Part shown: piece by piece, positions 19,458-30,604 of the stretch | Layout of the letters: every line of letters starts with the position of its first letter | How positions within the stretch are numbered: position 1 is the first letter of the stretch | The notes under the pieces: generated by a model | Told to the model about the DNA's origin: nothing | Database searches by the model: none | The model's input: only the letters and a program-made list of their open reading frames with translations | Position numbers and translations under genes: made by a program | Assembly: GCA_050331735.1 (NCBI GenBank) | Contig: JBHJGN010000004.1 | Coordinates: 96,001-160,000, forward strand | Direction of reading: 5' to 3' | DNA: 64,000 nucleotides | Source of the DNA: Cyanophyceae cyanobacterium | GTDB lineage: Bacteria > Cyanobacteriota > Cyanobacteriia > Cyanobacteriales > JBHJGN01

Positions 19458-19712
19458 TTAGAGAGAATCAGGAGGACTTGGCTGCACTGAGGAGGGGCGA
19501 TCGCTACTCCAAGCCCACCAGACCTGCTCGCATTCACACTGATAAAACTCCTGCCACTTCCGACGGTAGTTTTCTCCCATCACCGGAGCCCGGCGATTGA
19601 TCCAGACTTGTTCGGCGTGACCAGCAGAGGCTCGGCAGCGAGGACAGCAAAATTGAAGCGCATGAGTCGCTGTCTTGGTCCACGCAGGGGGAGTGGCGCT
19701 AAAAGCATTCAT
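19458..19712 (-). CDS. Small Cys-rich (zinc-ribbon-like) hypothetical protein
   Basis: FCCPRC ... FYQCECEQVWWAWS; ATG start, co-oriented upstream of accC. Confidence 0.7.
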   Translation of the reverse strand: MNAFSATPPAWTKTATHALQFCCPRCRASAGHAEQVWINRRAPVMGENYRRKWQEFYQCECEQVWWAWSSDRPSSVQPSPPDSL

Positions 19713-19982
19713 ATTAATAAGGTGTCTGAAGCAGCATCATTGCCTCGATTTTAGCGTGGAGACGTTCAGTCATGCTTGAAATAGCAAGGGGCGCGGGGCT
19801 CTCTTCTCGAAGAGGGATCAAAAAGTCCTCCCCAAAGACGGGCCTTGAGCGGGCTTGATCCGCGTTTAATTATTGATTGAGCTCATGATCGGCTCACTGG
19901 TTCCGATTCATTAAATTTCAAATTGATGCATCACCAGGGTCTCGGAAATGGGAAAATGAGAGTGGTACACCGGAGACAGCGC

Positions 19983-21296
19983 ATGAATACTCAACCTAAA
20001 ATTATTGTTCTTGATGACGATCCCACTGGCTCTCAAACTGTTCATGGTTGCCTCTTACTCATGCGCTGGGATGTAGAAACGCTACAGTTGGGACTGGCTG
20101 ACGATTCTCCCATCTTCTTTATTCTCACTAACACGAGGGCCCTGTCTCCAACTCAGGCTGCCGCCGTGACGCAAGCAGTCATTCACAACCTCAAAGCGGC
20201 GATCGCCGCTCAAGGAGTAGAGGATTTTTTGATTGTCAGTCGTTCTGACTCGACTCTCCGCGGTCATTATCCGATTGAAACCGATGTCATTGCTGAAGAA
20301 TTGGGGGAAGTCGATGCCCATTTTCTCGTGCCAGCCTTTTTTGAAGGGGGTCGCATGACGGTAGACAGTACACACTACCTGCTGGTTGACGGGGTGCCAA
20401 TCCCCGTTCATCAAACGGAATTTGCTCAAGATTCTGTCTTTGGCTATCACCATAGCTACCTGCCCGATTATGTAGCCGAAAAAACGCAGGGTCGCATTAC
20501 CGCTGATGCCGTAGAACGATTCGGGCTATCGGATGTGCGTGCTGGTACCCAAGAGCGGTTGATGAAGTTCACGGGAAACCAGTGCGTAGCTGTTGATGCC
20601 CAAACTCAGGACGATTTAGACCGCTTTGCCCAAGATGTGTTGGCCGCCGTTCGCTCCGGCAAACGCTTTCTATTTCGCAGTGCTGCTAGCCTGCTCACTT
20701 CCCTCGCCAGTCTTCCAGAACAGCCAACGAACCCCGAAGAGATGGCGAAATATCGCACCACCTCACAGCCAGGAGTCGTTTTGGTCGGCTCTCACGTTCA
20801 AAAAACGACTCAACAGCTCCAGCAGTTGCTGCGAGAGCCAGGAGTCACCCCGATTGAAGTCGATGTCGTGCGGCTGCGGCAATCGGAGCCAGAAGCTTTG
20901 CGTTCCGATATTCTTGCTCAGGTACAGCAAGCTTATCAGCAGCAACAAACTCCTGTCATTTACACATCCCGAGAGGAACTGACGTTTTCCAGCGTTCAGG
21001 AGCGCTTAGACTTCGGGGCTGTCGTTTCGTCTTTGCTGATGAGCATTGTCCGAGAGCTTCCTCGAGAAATCAGCTTTTTGGTGAGCAAGGGCGGGATTAC
21101 CTCTAACGACGTGCTGAGCACTGGCTTGAGCTTGAGGTCGGCCCGGCTCCTCGGTCAAATCTTACCCGGCTGTTCAATCGTGCGCACTCCTGCCGATCAT
21201 CCCCGTCCCCATCTGCCGGTTGTGCTGTTTCCTGGAAACGTGGGCGACACCCAAGCATTAGTCACCGTCTATCATCGTCTCCAGGGCGATCGCTAA
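19983..21296 (+). CDS. Four-carbon acid sugar kinase family protein (DUF1537)
   Basis: IVLDDDPTGSQ, RSDSTLRGH, VGSHVQKT, KGGITS, FPGNVGD. Confidence 0.9.
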   Translation: MNTQPKIIVLDDDPTGSQTVHGCLLLMRWDVETLQLGLADDSPIFFILTNTRALSPTQAAAVTQAVIHNLKAAIAAQGVEDFLIVSRSDSTLRGHYPIETDVIAEELGEVDAHFLVPAFFEGGRMTVDSTHYLLVDGVPIPVHQTEFAQDSVFGYHHSYLPDYVAEKTQGRITADAVERFGLSDVRAGTQERLMKFTGNQCVAVDAQTQDDLDRFAQDVLAAVRSGKRFLFRSAASLLTSLASLPEQPTNPEEMAKYRTTSQPGVVLVGSHVQKTTQQLQQLLREPGVTPIEVDVVRLRQSEPEALRSDILAQVQQAYQQQQTPVIYTSREELTFSSVQERLDFGAVVSSLLMSIVRELPREISFLVSKGGITSNDVLSTGLSLRSARLLGQILPGCSIVRTPADHPRPHLPVVLFPGNVGDTQALVTVYHRLQGDR

Positions 21297-21430
21297 ATCG
21301 TCAGCAGCTCCTCGTTGCCGAGTCCTGATCGAGATGTCCGGTGAGCGAATCCAAATTAACTATAATTCAGCCATCGTTTTGCGTTACGATGTCGTGTAGT
21401 CAATTCTTGTGAAGTCACTTTTTTTGGTGC

Positions 21431-22186
21431 ATGACTTCTGATTTTGTGCCGTTAGAGACGCCCTCGGCTCCAGTGGAATGTCAGTCTCAAATCCGCCTCA
21501 AGAATGAGGAAGGAAAACTGCTGATTATTTTACCAGTAGAAACGCCAAAACCGATAGACTGGGCGAGCGCTTGGCAAGATCTAAAATTCCGGTTTCAGGG
21601 AAATCGCTCTTGGCAATCGGCAACCGCCGTTCACCTGATAGCCCAGGATCAGCTCCTCGATGGTAGACAGCTCCAAACGCTGGCTCAGCTACTGCAAGAA
21701 GTTCATCTGCGGCTGGAGAGAATCTGCACTAGTCGGCGGCAAACGGCAGTGGCCGCCGCTATGGCGGGCTATTCTGTCGACCAAGAGCTACCGAACCTCG
21801 CCTCTGGGTTAAAGCCGCCGTCACTAGATAGCGAACCTCTATATTTGCAGGCAACAATTCGCTCTGGAATGGAAGTTCGCCATCCTGGTCCCATCGTCAT
21901 CGTCGGAGATGTCAATCCCGGGGGCAGTCTGATTGCCGCTGGCGACATTCTGGTGTGGGGGTGTTTGCGAGGCATTGCCCATGCTGGAGCTCAAGGCGAT
22001 CGCACCGCCAAAATTATGGCCCTGCGCATGGAGCCCACTCAGCTCAGAATCGCTAGCGTTGTTGCCAGAGCCCCAGAAGCTCCTCCTGGTCAGGTAGAGC
22101 CGGAAGTGGCCTACGTCAGCGCTGCGGGGATTCGCATTGCGAAGGCCCTTAACTTTGCTAAATCCTTGGTTTTTCAAAACGGCTAG
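21431..22186 (+). CDS. minC: Septum site-determining protein MinC
   Basis: TIRSG..V, GDVNPGG, GDILVWGCLRGIAHAGAQG; precedes minD. Confidence 0.93.
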   Translation: MTSDFVPLETPSAPVECQSQIRLKNEEGKLLIILPVETPKPIDWASAWQDLKFRFQGNRSWQSATAVHLIAQDQLLDGRQLQTLAQLLQEVHLRLERICTSRRQTAVAAAMAGYSVDQELPNLASGLKPPSLDSEPLYLQATIRSGMEVRHPGPIVIVGDVNPGGSLIAAGDILVWGCLRGIAHAGAQGDRTAKIMALRMEPTQLRIASVVARAPEAPPGQVEPEVAYVSAAGIRIAKALNFAKSLVFQNG

Positions 22187-22211
22187 CGAGCCATTCACTA
22201 TTCACTAAGAC

Positions 22212-23009
22212 ATGAGCCGCATTATCGTTGTTACCTCCGGGAAAGGAGGGGTCGGAAAAACGACCGTGACTGCTAATCTGGGAACCGCCATCGCTCGCTT
22301 GGGGCGAAAAGTGGTGTTGGTCGATGCAGATTTTGGCTTAAGAAATTTAGATTTGCTGTTGGGACTGGAAAATCGAGTGGTTTATACAGCGGTCGATGTC
22401 GTAGAGGGAGAATGCTCCCTGGAAAAAGCGTTAGTGAAAGACAAGCGCCAACCCGGTCTGGCTCTGCTCCCCGCCGCCCAAACCCGCAACAAAGAAGCGG
22501 TCACTCCAGAGCAGATGAAAAAGTTGGTGACCTCTTTGGCTCAAGATCATGATTATGTACTTGTCGATTGTCCGGCGGGAATTGAAATGGGGTTTCGCAA
22601 TGCCATTTCTGCTGCTCAAGAAGCCATTATTGTGACGACGCCAGAAGTGGCAGCAGTACGAGATGCCGACAGGGTCGTGGGGTTACTGGAAACCGAAAAT
22701 CTCAAAAGTATTCGCCTGATCGTCAATCGAGTCAGACCAGAAATGATTCAGCTCAACGAAATGCTGAGCATTGAAGATATGCTGGATCTGCTAGTCGTGC
22801 CGCTGCTAGGCATCATTCCTGACGACGAACGGGTGATTGTTTCAAGTAATCGAGGAGAACCGTTAGTGCTAGACAGCAAACCCTCTTTGCCAGCCGTAGC
22901 CTTCAACAACATTGCCCGCCGGCTGGAGGGACATGAGGTAGCCTATTTAGATCTAATGGCTGCCCACGATAACTTGCTGACTCGGATTCGCCGTTGGTTG
23001 CGAGGCTAG
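22212..23009 (+). CDS. minD: Septum site-determining ATPase MinD
   Basis: SGKGGVGKTT, DFGLRNLDLLLGLENR, DCPAGIE, RDADRVVG. Confidence 0.97.
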   Translation: MSRIIVVTSGKGGVGKTTVTANLGTAIARLGRKVVLVDADFGLRNLDLLLGLENRVVYTAVDVVEGECSLEKALVKDKRQPGLALLPAAQTRNKEAVTPEQMKKLVTSLAQDHDYVLVDCPAGIEMGFRNAISAAQEAIIVTTPEVAAVRDADRVVGLLETENLKSIRLIVNRVRPEMIQLNEMLSIEDMLDLLVVPLLGIIPDDERVIVSSNRGEPLVLDSKPSLPAVAFNNIARRLEGHEVAYLDLMAAHDNLLTRIRRWLRG

Positions 23010-23035
23010 GGTATGAGGAGCACTAGTTCAAATCT

Positions 23036-23308
23036 ATGATTATCGAACTCCTAGAGCGGATTTTCCGATGGGGACCACCTCACAGTAGCCGGACAGAAGC
23101 TAAACGTCGGCTCAAACTTGTAATTGCTCATGACCGAGCGGGTCTCAGTCCAGAAATGATTGAGTCAATGCGGCGAGAAATTTTAGAGGTGGTGAGCCGT
23201 TATGTTGATATCGATCCCGACGCGATGGAATTTTCGATCGAGAGCAACCAGCGGGTGACCGCCCTGATTGCTAATTTGCCCATTCAGCGCGTTAAAAATG
23301 GCTCCTGA
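23036..23308 (+). CDS. minE: Cell division topological specificity factor MinE
   Basis: [33 protein letters not shown]. Confidence 0.95.
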   Translation: MIIELLERIFRWGPPHSSRTEAKRRLKLVIAHDRAGLSPEMIESMRREILEVVSRYVDIDPDAMEFSIESNQRVTALIANLPIQRVKNGS

Positions 23309-23437
23309 TCCCAAGCCGGCCATGATGAGCTGAGAATTCGGCAGCATAGCTGAGAAGCAAGAGATAATAGAGATCTGTCTAGCTATATAATCTGAAGCTA
23401 GCGATTGATTTTATTGAGTTGTAGTGAGGAGGCCATT

Positions 23438-23632
23438 TTGAATCAATCTCATCAGCCGTCTCTAGCCGCTGACCTGGCGTTAAGTTTAGCGACCGGTCCT
23501 TTTTTACTGGGGCTAGTGGCGCTCGGGTCGGTTGCGGATCTGCTCCAGGAGCTAGGCCAAACCAGTGAAGAAATGTTTCGCGGCGATCGCTTGCCGATTC
23601 TTCCCGTTCCAGAAGCACCACCAAAGCACTAG
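23438..23632 (+). CDS. Small hypothetical protein (cyanobacterial type)
   Basis: TTG start after GAGGAGG; hydrophobic segment then LGQTSEEMFRGDRLPIL. Confidence 0.65.
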   Translation: MNQSHQPSLAADLALSLATGPFLLGLVALGSVADLLQELGQTSEEMFRGDRLPILPVPEAPPKH

Positions 23633-23774
23633 GGATCTGGATTTCGAGCAGCAGCACCGGGAGAGATGCTCCTTCAAAACAAAAATTTAGTATTGATTAA
23701 AACGATACAAAAGTCGGTTTCCCTTTAAAATCAGGAAATTCCTTCTGAATAGTTATTGAGCAACGACAGGGATT

Positions 23775-26700
23775 ATGAGTTCGGTGATTCAATCATTTCC
23801 AGACAGCGTCTTTTCTCCATCGGACCTGTTTTTGCGCCATCGCCTTAAGTTGGTGGAAGATCTGTGGGAGTCGGTTTTACGGTCTGAGTGCGGTCAGGAT
23901 TTAGTAGACTTACTCAAGCAGTTGCGATCGCTTTCTCCTGACGGGCAAGCCCCCGAGCTGCCTCACTCTTGCCCTAACCTGATTGAAAAACTAGAGCTAG
24001 ATGCTGCCATTAGAACAGCGAGAGCCTTTGCTCTTTACTTTCAGCTGATTAATATTGTTGAACAGCATTACGACCAGCGCAACCAGCAGCTCCTGCGGCG
24101 CCGGATTGCTGGACAAACGAACGACAGCAACGGCAATCCTAGTTTTGCTTCACCTAGCCTCAAATCCCTCGAAAAGAGTCTCCCCGAAGAAAACCAACAG
24201 GCTGGCTTTCACTGGCTGTTTCCTGCCCTGAAGCAGTTGAATATGCCGCCGCAAATGATCCAGCGTCTGCTCGATCAGCTCGATGTGCGGCTGGTGCTCA
24301 CTGCCCATCCAACAGAGATTGTCCGTCCCACCATCCGTAAAAAACAACGGCGAATTTCTCATATTCTACAAAAGCTTGACCAAGCGGAGGAAGCTGTTCC
24401 AGAGATAGAGCTATCAACGTCTTGGGAAGCCGAAGCAGCCACAGAAGAGCTTACCGAAGAAATTCGGCTGTGGTGGCGTACCGACGAACTGCATCAATTT
24501 AAGCCTACCGTTCTTGATGAAGTGGACTACGCGCTCCATTACTTCGAGACGGTTCTCTTTGAAGCTGTTCCCCAGCTATCGGTGCGTCTGAAGCAGGCTC
24601 TTAAACAGTCGTTTCCCAGTCTGCGTCCTCCCCACAATCAGTTTTGTCAGTTCGGTTCCTGGGTGGGAGCAGACCGGGACGGCAATCCCTCGGTGACTCC
24701 ACAGGTTACCTGGAAAACCGCCTGCTATCAGCGTAACTTGGTGCTAGAGAAATATCTGTATTCGGTGCGTCAGCTAATTACGCTGCTGAGCTTATCTCTG
24801 CACTGGAGCGATGTCTTGCCGGAACTGCTCGACTCTCTGGAGCAAGACCGCCTACAGATGCCAGAGGTCTACGAAGAATTGGCCATTCGCTATCGCCAAG
24901 AACCCTATCGACTCAAGTTAGCGTACATTCAAAAGCGCCTGGAAAACACCCGCGCTCGCAACCACCGGCTGGCTGACTCTCCCGAGAGAAAACCTCCTGC
25001 CGAAACGGAGCTGAGCAACATCTACCGCTCTGGAAAAGAGTTTTTATCAGAACTACAGCTAATTCAACAGAACTTATCGCAGACGGGCTTAAGCTGTCGC
25101 GACTTAAATCAGCTCGTTTGTCAAGTAGAAATTTACGGTTTTACCCTCACTCAGCTAGATTTCCGCCAAGAATCAACTCGTCATGCTAGCGCCATCGAAG
25201 AAATTGCCCAGTACCTACAAATTCTGCCCTCTCCCTACGGTCAGCTTTCTGAAGCCGAAAAAACAGCGTGGCTCGTTGACGAACTCAGAACCCGGAGACC
25301 TCTGATTCCGGTAGAAATGCCTTTTTCCTCCCAAACCTGCGAAACAATCGAAACGCTGCGTGTTCTGCGGCAGCTGCAACATGAATTTGGACCGGAAATT
25401 TGCCAGACCTACATCATTAGCATGAGCCATCATGTCAGCGATATCCTTGAAGTCCTGCTCCTTGCTCAAGAGGCTGGGCTCTACGACCCCGCCACTAGTT
25501 CAGGAACGGTTCGCATTGTCCCGCTGTTTGAAACGGTCGATGACCTCAAGAGAGCTCCATCAATTATGCGCGAACTGTTTGAGCTTCCGCTATACCGTGC
25601 TTATTTGTCAGGAGGATACGAGCATTTAGAATCAAACACTTCTCCTCGCGCGCTCGGAGCCGATTTAGCTCAGGGACAGACGGGATCTAGTGCTCATACT
25701 GATGACGCCAACGCTCATCTCCCAGCACCGTTGTTACAGCCAGCAGACCTACAGGAGGTGATGCTTGGCTATTCAGACAGCAACAAAGATTCTGGTTTCT
25801 TGAGCAGTAATTGGGAAATTCATAAAGCGCAAAAAGCACTGCAAAAGCTATCTCAGGAGTATGGCGTTACCCTGCGCATCTTTCATGGACGCGGTGGCTC
25901 AGTCGGTCGCGGTGGCGGTCCAGCCTACGAGGCAATACTGGCTCAGCCGCCAGGGACAATTAACGGACGAATCAAAATTACCGAACAGGGAGAGGTGTTA
26001 GCGTCTAAGTATTCGCTGCCGGAACTCGCTCTTTATAATCTAGAAACTATTTCTACCGCCGTCCTCCAGGCGAGTTTATTGGGGAGTGGGTTTGACGACA
26101 TCGAACCCTGGAACAAAATTATGGAAGACCTCGCCTCTCGTTCTCGTGCTGCTTATCGCGCGTTGATCTACGAAGAGCCAGACTTCCTCGATTTCTTTCT
26201 ATCTGTTACTCCCATTCAAGAGATTAGCCAGCTGCAAATTAGCTCTCGTCCCGCAAGACGCAGCGGTGGTAAGAAAGACCTCAGCAGTCTACGGGCGATT
26301 CCTTGGGTGTTTAGCTGGACTCAAAGCCGCTTTCTGCTTCCAGCTTGGTACGGTGTAGGAACGGCCCTGCGGGAGTTTCTCGAGCAGGCCCCGACAGAAA
26401 ATTTGAAGCTGCTGCGCTACTTTTACTTCAAATGGCCGTTCTTTAAAATGGCGATTTCCAAGGTCGAGATGACCCTGTCGAAAGTCGATCTGCAAATGGC
26501 GTATCACTATGTCAGCGAGCTGTCGCTCTCCGAAGACCGAGAGCGCTTTGATAGACTGTTCAAACAGATTTCTAACGAGTACTACTCGACAAGTGACATC
26601 GTTTTGAGCATCAATGGTCAGAAAAAACTGCTAGACGGCGACCCGGATTTGCAGCGCTCGGTTCAGCTTCGCAGCGGCACGATTGTGCCCTTAGGGTTTC

Positions 26701-26846
26701 TACAGGTTTCTCTGCTCAAGCGCCTGCGCCAGTATACCAGTCAAGAATCGGGCTTAGTCCACTTCCGCCACAGCAAAGAAGAGTTGCTGCGCGGAGCCTT
26801 GTTAACCATCAACGGCATCGCCGCAGGAATGCGGAACACTGGTTAA
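23775..26846 (+). CDS. ppc: Phosphoenolpyruvate carboxylase
   Basis: [57 protein letters not shown]-terminal GMRNTG. Confidence 0.98.
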   Translation: MSSVIQSFPDSVFSPSDLFLRHRLKLVEDLWESVLRSECGQDLVDLLKQLRSLSPDGQAPELPHSCPNLIEKLELDAAIRTARAFALYFQLINIVEQHYDQRNQQLLRRRIAGQTNDSNGNPSFASPSLKSLEKSLPEENQQAGFHWLFPALKQLNMPPQMIQRLLDQLDVRLVLTAHPTEIVRPTIRKKQRRISHILQKLDQAEEAVPEIELSTSWEAEAATEELTEEIRLWWRTDELHQFKPTVLDEVDYALHYFETVLFEAVPQLSVRLKQALKQSFPSLRPPHNQFCQFGSWVGADRDGNPSVTPQVTWKTACYQRNLVLEKYLYSVRQLITLLSLSLHWSDVLPELLDSLEQDRLQMPEVYEELAIRYRQEPYRLKLAYIQKRLENTRARNHRLADSPERKPPAETELSNIYRSGKEFLSELQLIQQNLSQTGLSCRDLNQLVCQVEIYGFTLTQLDFRQESTRHASAIEEIAQYLQILPSPYGQLSEAEKTAWLVDELRTRRPLIPVEMPFSSQTCETIETLRVLRQLQHEFGPEICQTYIISMSHHVSDILEVLLLAQEAGLYDPATSSGTVRIVPLFETVDDLKRAPSIMRELFELPLYRAYLSGGYEHLESNTSPRALGADLAQGQTGSSAHTDDANAHLPAPLLQPADLQEVMLGYSDSNKDSGFLSSNWEIHKAQKALQKLSQEYGVTLRIFHGRGGSVGRGGGPAYEAILAQPPGTINGRIKITEQGEVLASKYSLPELALYNLETISTAVLQASLLGSGFDDIEPWNKIMEDLASRSRAAYRALIYEEPDFLDFFLSVTPIQEISQLQISSRPARRSGGKKDLSSLRAIPWVFSWTQSRFLLPAWYGVGTALREFLEQAPTENLKLLRYFYFKWPFFKMAISKVEMTLSKVDLQMAYHYVSELSLSEDRERFDRLFKQISNEYYSTSDIVLSINGQKKLLDGDPDLQRSVQLRSGTIVPLGFLQVSLLKRLRQYTSQESGLVHFRHSKEELLRGALLTINGIAAGMRNTG

Positions 26847-26853
26847 GAGCTGT

Positions 26854-27957
26854 TTAGGTTTCACAACGGTAAACAGGGAGGGTAAAGTGAAAACAGCTCC
26901 CCTGGTTCAGGGCACTGTCTACCCAAATCTGCCCGTAGTGAGCGTTAATGATTTGGCGACAGAGAGCTAGTCCCAGTCCGTAACCGTCTTGAGCTTCGTC
27001 CCGCTGCAGGCGAAAATGCCCCTCAAAAATACGCTCTTGTTCTGCTATCGGAATTCCCGGTCCAGTGTCACTAATGCTAATCTGGATTTTTTGGGTAGTG
27101 CGGTGCAGAGCAGATAGTTTAATGATCCCTGCTTCGGGGGTATATTTGACGGCATTTTCTAGTAAATTGATCAGCACCTGTCGCAAAAGTTCTTGGTCGG
27201 CATAGACGGTCGGTAAATCTTGAGGAATGTCTTGGTCAAACTGTTGCCGCTTGTCTTGAAACCGACTGGCAAACTGTGCCGCTATTTCCTGGCACAAAGT
27301 TTGTATAGATAGCTGACTGGGGTCAAGATTTAACCGAGCTCCCGTACTTTTTGAAGCCTGCAGCAGATCGGCAATCATCCGGTTCATCGCCCGAAATTGC
27401 TGGCGAATTTGCTGGTGAAGGTGCTGTTTAAGCGGCACCAAGTCTGCTTCATCTTGTCGACTTTGAGCTAATTCTAGGGTGTCTACAGCGATGGAAGCGG
27501 CTGTAAGAGGACTGCGCAGATCGTGAGCTAACATCGCCACGATTTGGTCTTTAAAGCGAAGCTGTTCTCGCAGCTTGTCCTGTTCTTGCCTGAGGCAAAA
27601 AATTTCGTCAGACAGTCGCATTACTTCAGCAGAGCAGGCGATCGCCTCATCTAAACTTCCAGGAGAGGTTGCGGCTTCTGCATCCCCGGCGGAGGCTTGC
27701 CACTGAAGCCAACACTTTCTCAGCTGAGTAATTAAGTTACTGCCCGCCAGCGTTTGCCGAGGTGATGGATAGATTTTGACTAAAGCTGGAGTAGCTACTA
27801 GTTTAAAATGTTCAACCAGATGAGGCTGCTCGCGGGTCTCTATCACCTGTAGATTAAAGGGGTAATGAGCCTCTGAGTGTAGGTAATCCCGGATTTGCTG
27901 AATATTTTCCCAACAATTTAAGCGGTCATCGACAAAAAGAAGGAGCTTCAGTAACAC
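26854..27957 (-). CDS. sasA: Circadian adaptive-response sensory kinase SasA
   Basis: N-terminal KaiB-like domain (QPHLVEHFKLVATPALVKIYP..QTLAG), H-box LAHDLRSPL, HRTTQKIQ, DTGPGIP, GYGLGL. Confidence 0.9.
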   Translation of the reverse strand: MLLKLLLFVDDRLNCWENIQQIRDYLHSEAHYPFNLQVIETREQPHLVEHFKLVATPALVKIYPSPRQTLAGSNLITQLRKCWLQWQASAGDAEAATSPGSLDEAIACSAEVMRLSDEIFCLRQEQDKLREQLRFKDQIVAMLAHDLRSPLTAASIAVDTLELAQSRQDEADLVPLKQHLHQQIRQQFRAMNRMIADLLQASKSTGARLNLDPSQLSIQTLCQEIAAQFASRFQDKRQQFDQDIPQDLPTVYADQELLRQVLINLLENAVKYTPEAGIIKLSALHRTTQKIQISISDTGPGIPIAEQERIFEGHFRLQRDEAQDGYGLGLALCRQIINAHYGQIWVDSALNQGSCFHFTLPVYRCET

Positions 27958-28297
27958 TGGAAAATGCGCGTTTCTGTTTTTATCTGCCTAAGCGCTTTTC
28001 CTGTTAATGATTCAACCTTGATGAGCACGTCAGTTAAGCAGCTTCGGCAGCAGTTGTTTGCATCTATCTTAATGCATAGCCGGGGACTTCAACAATCAAG
28101 CAGAGACGGGGGGAAGAGTTTCCTGATTGCTGATTCGGGCTTTTTTCTGGGCAGGCTAGGCAAAATTCGTGTAGCCCGAAATTGCTCCTGAAATTCTCGC
28201 CGTGACTCATGACGATGTTTATCTCCTAGGGATCTTAAGATAGTGTAAAATTTACACCATCTGTTCCAGCTCTTTAATCAAAAACTCCGCAACTGTT

Positions 28298-29887
28298 ATG
28301 GCTCTTGGCTACGTCGCCCTCGTTCTCCATGCTCACCTGCCTTTTGTTCGGCATCCGGAAAGCGATTACGTTTTAGAAGAAGAATGGCTCTTTGAAGCGA
28401 TTACGGAAACTTATGTTCCTCTCCTGCACGTTTTTGAGGGACTGAAGCGGGATGGCATCGATTTCAAAATGACAATGAGCATGACACCGCCTCTAATTTC
28501 CATGCTGCGAGACCCGCTGCTACAGGAACGCTATAGCGACCATCTCGGTAAGTTAGAAGAATTGGTTGCCAAAGAAGTTGAGCATAACGAGCATAACGGA
28601 CATATTCGCTATTTGGCCGAGCATTACGCCACCTCGTTTCGGGAAATTCGCAGTACGTGGGAACGCTACGACGGCGATTTGGTAATGGCTTTTAAGCAGT
28701 TTCTAGACAGCAATAACCTAGAAATTATTACCTGCGGTGCCACTCATGGCTATCTACCGCTGATGAAGATGTACCCCCAGGCAGTCTGGGCACAGATTGA
28801 GGTAGCCTGCGAACATTATCAAGAAAATTTTGGTCGTCCTCCAAAAGGCATTTGGTTGCCAGAATGTGCTTACTACGAAGGATTAGAGCGCATGCTGGCT
28901 GATGCCGATCTGCGCTATTTTCTCACCGACGGACACGGTATCCTCTATGCTCGCCCGCGTCCTCGTTTTGGCTCCTACGCTCCCATCTTTACTGAAACTG
29001 GTGTCGCTGCCTTCGGGCGAGACCATGAATCCTCGCAGCAGGTTTGGTCTTCTCAAGTAGGCTATCCTGGCGACCCAGACTATCGGGAATTTTACAAAGA
29101 TCTGGGCTGGGAAGCCGAATACGAATACATTAAGCCCTATATCATGCCTAATGGTCAGCGTAAGAACACTGGGATCAAATACCACAAAATTACCAGTCGC
29201 ACCGCTGGTCTGTCCGACAAAGCTTTATACGACCCCTACTGGGCCCGAGAAAAGGCAGCAGAACACGCCGGTAACTTTATGTACAATCGGGAACGACAAG
29301 TAGAGCATCTAGCGGGGGTGATGCAGCGACCGCCGATGATTGTGTCTCCCTATGATGCTGAACTGTTTGGCCACTGGTGGTATGAAGGACCTTGGTTTAT
29401 CGACTACCTGTTCCGGAAATCCTGGTACGATCAAAACACCTACGAGATGACGCACCTCGCCGACTATCTCCGCGACAATCCCACTCAGCAGGTATGTCGT
29501 CCTTCTCAGTCTAGTTGGGGGTACAAAGGTTTCCACGAATATTGGCTTAACGAAACTAACGCCTGGATTTATCCCCATCTGCACAAAGCAACGGAACGGA
29601 TGATTCATCTAGCCAATCGGGAACCGCTAGATGAGCTAGAGTGGAAAGCCCTCAACCAAGCAGCAAGAGAGCTACTGCTGGCGCAGTCCTCGGACTGGGC
29701 ATTTATTATGCGGACAGGAACGATGGTTCCTTACGCGGTGCGCAGAACGAGATCGCACCTTTTGCGCTTCAACAAACTCTACGAGGATATTCTGATCGGT
29801 AAGATCGACTCCGGTTGGCTCGAAAAGGTGGAAAAAATAGACAACATTTTCCCGAATATCAACTATCGGGTCTATCGACCGCTCTGA
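28298..29887 (+). CDS. Glycoside hydrolase family 57 (1,4-alpha-glucan branching enzyme type)
   Basis: LHAHLPFV, ETYVPL, GIWLPEC, PYDAELFGHWWYEG, LAQSSDWAF. Confidence 0.93.
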   Translation: MALGYVALVLHAHLPFVRHPESDYVLEEEWLFEAITETYVPLLHVFEGLKRDGIDFKMTMSMTPPLISMLRDPLLQERYSDHLGKLEELVAKEVEHNEHNGHIRYLAEHYATSFREIRSTWERYDGDLVMAFKQFLDSNNLEIITCGATHGYLPLMKMYPQAVWAQIEVACEHYQENFGRPPKGIWLPECAYYEGLERMLADADLRYFLTDGHGILYARPRPRFGSYAPIFTETGVAAFGRDHESSQQVWSSQVGYPGDPDYREFYKDLGWEAEYEYIKPYIMPNGQRKNTGIKYHKITSRTAGLSDKALYDPYWAREKAAEHAGNFMYNRERQVEHLAGVMQRPPMIVSPYDAELFGHWWYEGPWFIDYLFRKSWYDQNTYEMTHLADYLRDNPTQQVCRPSQSSWGYKGFHEYWLNETNAWIYPHLHKATERMIHLANREPLDELEWKALNQAARELLLAQSSDWAFIMRTGTMVPYAVRRTRSHLLRFNKLYEDILIGKIDSGWLEKVEKIDNIFPNINYRVYRPL

Positions 29888-29971
29888 GAGCATTAGCCAA
29901 TTTTGAAATCTTGCTCTCAGAATCCATTGTGAGCCGGTCGCTAATTGAAGATCGTCGCTCTCGGTCGCTCA

Positions 29972-30592
29972 TCAACTGCTGCTCGGAGCTCTCTTCATTG
30001 TCCAAACCCGCAGGTTGTTCCCCGACAGTTCAACAGTTCTCACGACCGCAAACCCGTGTTTTTGGTAAAAACGAACGCTGCTTTGGGTCGTTGCTTCTAA
30101 ATAACAACATAATCTCTCACGCTCTGCTTTTTCAAGGATTGGTTGGATCAGGAGTCCGCCAATTCCCTGATTTTGATACTCTTGTGCAACGCCTAGAAGC
30201 GCCAAATACCAATGCTGTTGAGCAACATCCTGTTTGTGATAGTCTTCTAGTTGGAGAAAGAATGAGATAAGCTGTTGAAGTTTACTCCAGCGTACCATCA
30301 AAGGCAGCGCGTACATCCCTGCTTGTAACAGTTGGAGAGGATGAAACGGAAATTGCCCTGGCGGTAGCCAAGCGGCTACGCCTTTTAAATCGTTGGTGGT
30401 ATAAACATAGCGATAGGGCTGAGTATACTGTACAAAAGTTTTACAGAGCTGCTTGAGGGAATTATGTGGTCTCCCATCTGTTTGAGCCAAAAAATAGCGA
30501 AAAATGGGGTCGCTATCAAAAGTATTGCTAAGAACTGCAACTGCCTGATGCAATTGCGATCGCTTCAACCGCACAATAGTGTGATTAGTCAT
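29972..30592 (-). CDS. GNAT family N-acetyltransferase
   Basis: GVAAWLPPG, HWYLALLGV..EYQNQGIGG, YLEAT, FYQKHGF. Confidence 0.9.
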   Translation of the reverse strand: MTNHTIVRLKRSQLHQAVAVLSNTFDSDPIFRYFLAQTDGRPHNSLKQLCKTFVQYTQPYRYVYTTNDLKGVAAWLPPGQFPFHPLQLLQAGMYALPLMVRWSKLQQLISFFLQLEDYHKQDVAQQHWYLALLGVAQEYQNQGIGGLLIQPILEKAERERLCCYLEATTQSSVRFYQKHGFAVVRTVELSGNNLRVWTMKRAPSSS

Positions 30593-30604
30593 GCTTGTAT
30601 TTCC

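Noticed and set aside
19810..19865. GGATCAA...TTGATCC inverted repeat as a possible tRNA or ncRNA
   Set aside because: No cloverleaf, T-loop or known ncRNA motif
28243..28257. NtcA box
   Set aside because: GTA-TAC spacing is 5 nt, not 8
29815..30270. 151-aa plus-strand ORF
   Set aside because: Overlaps GH57 and lies antisense to the GNAT gene; no motifs
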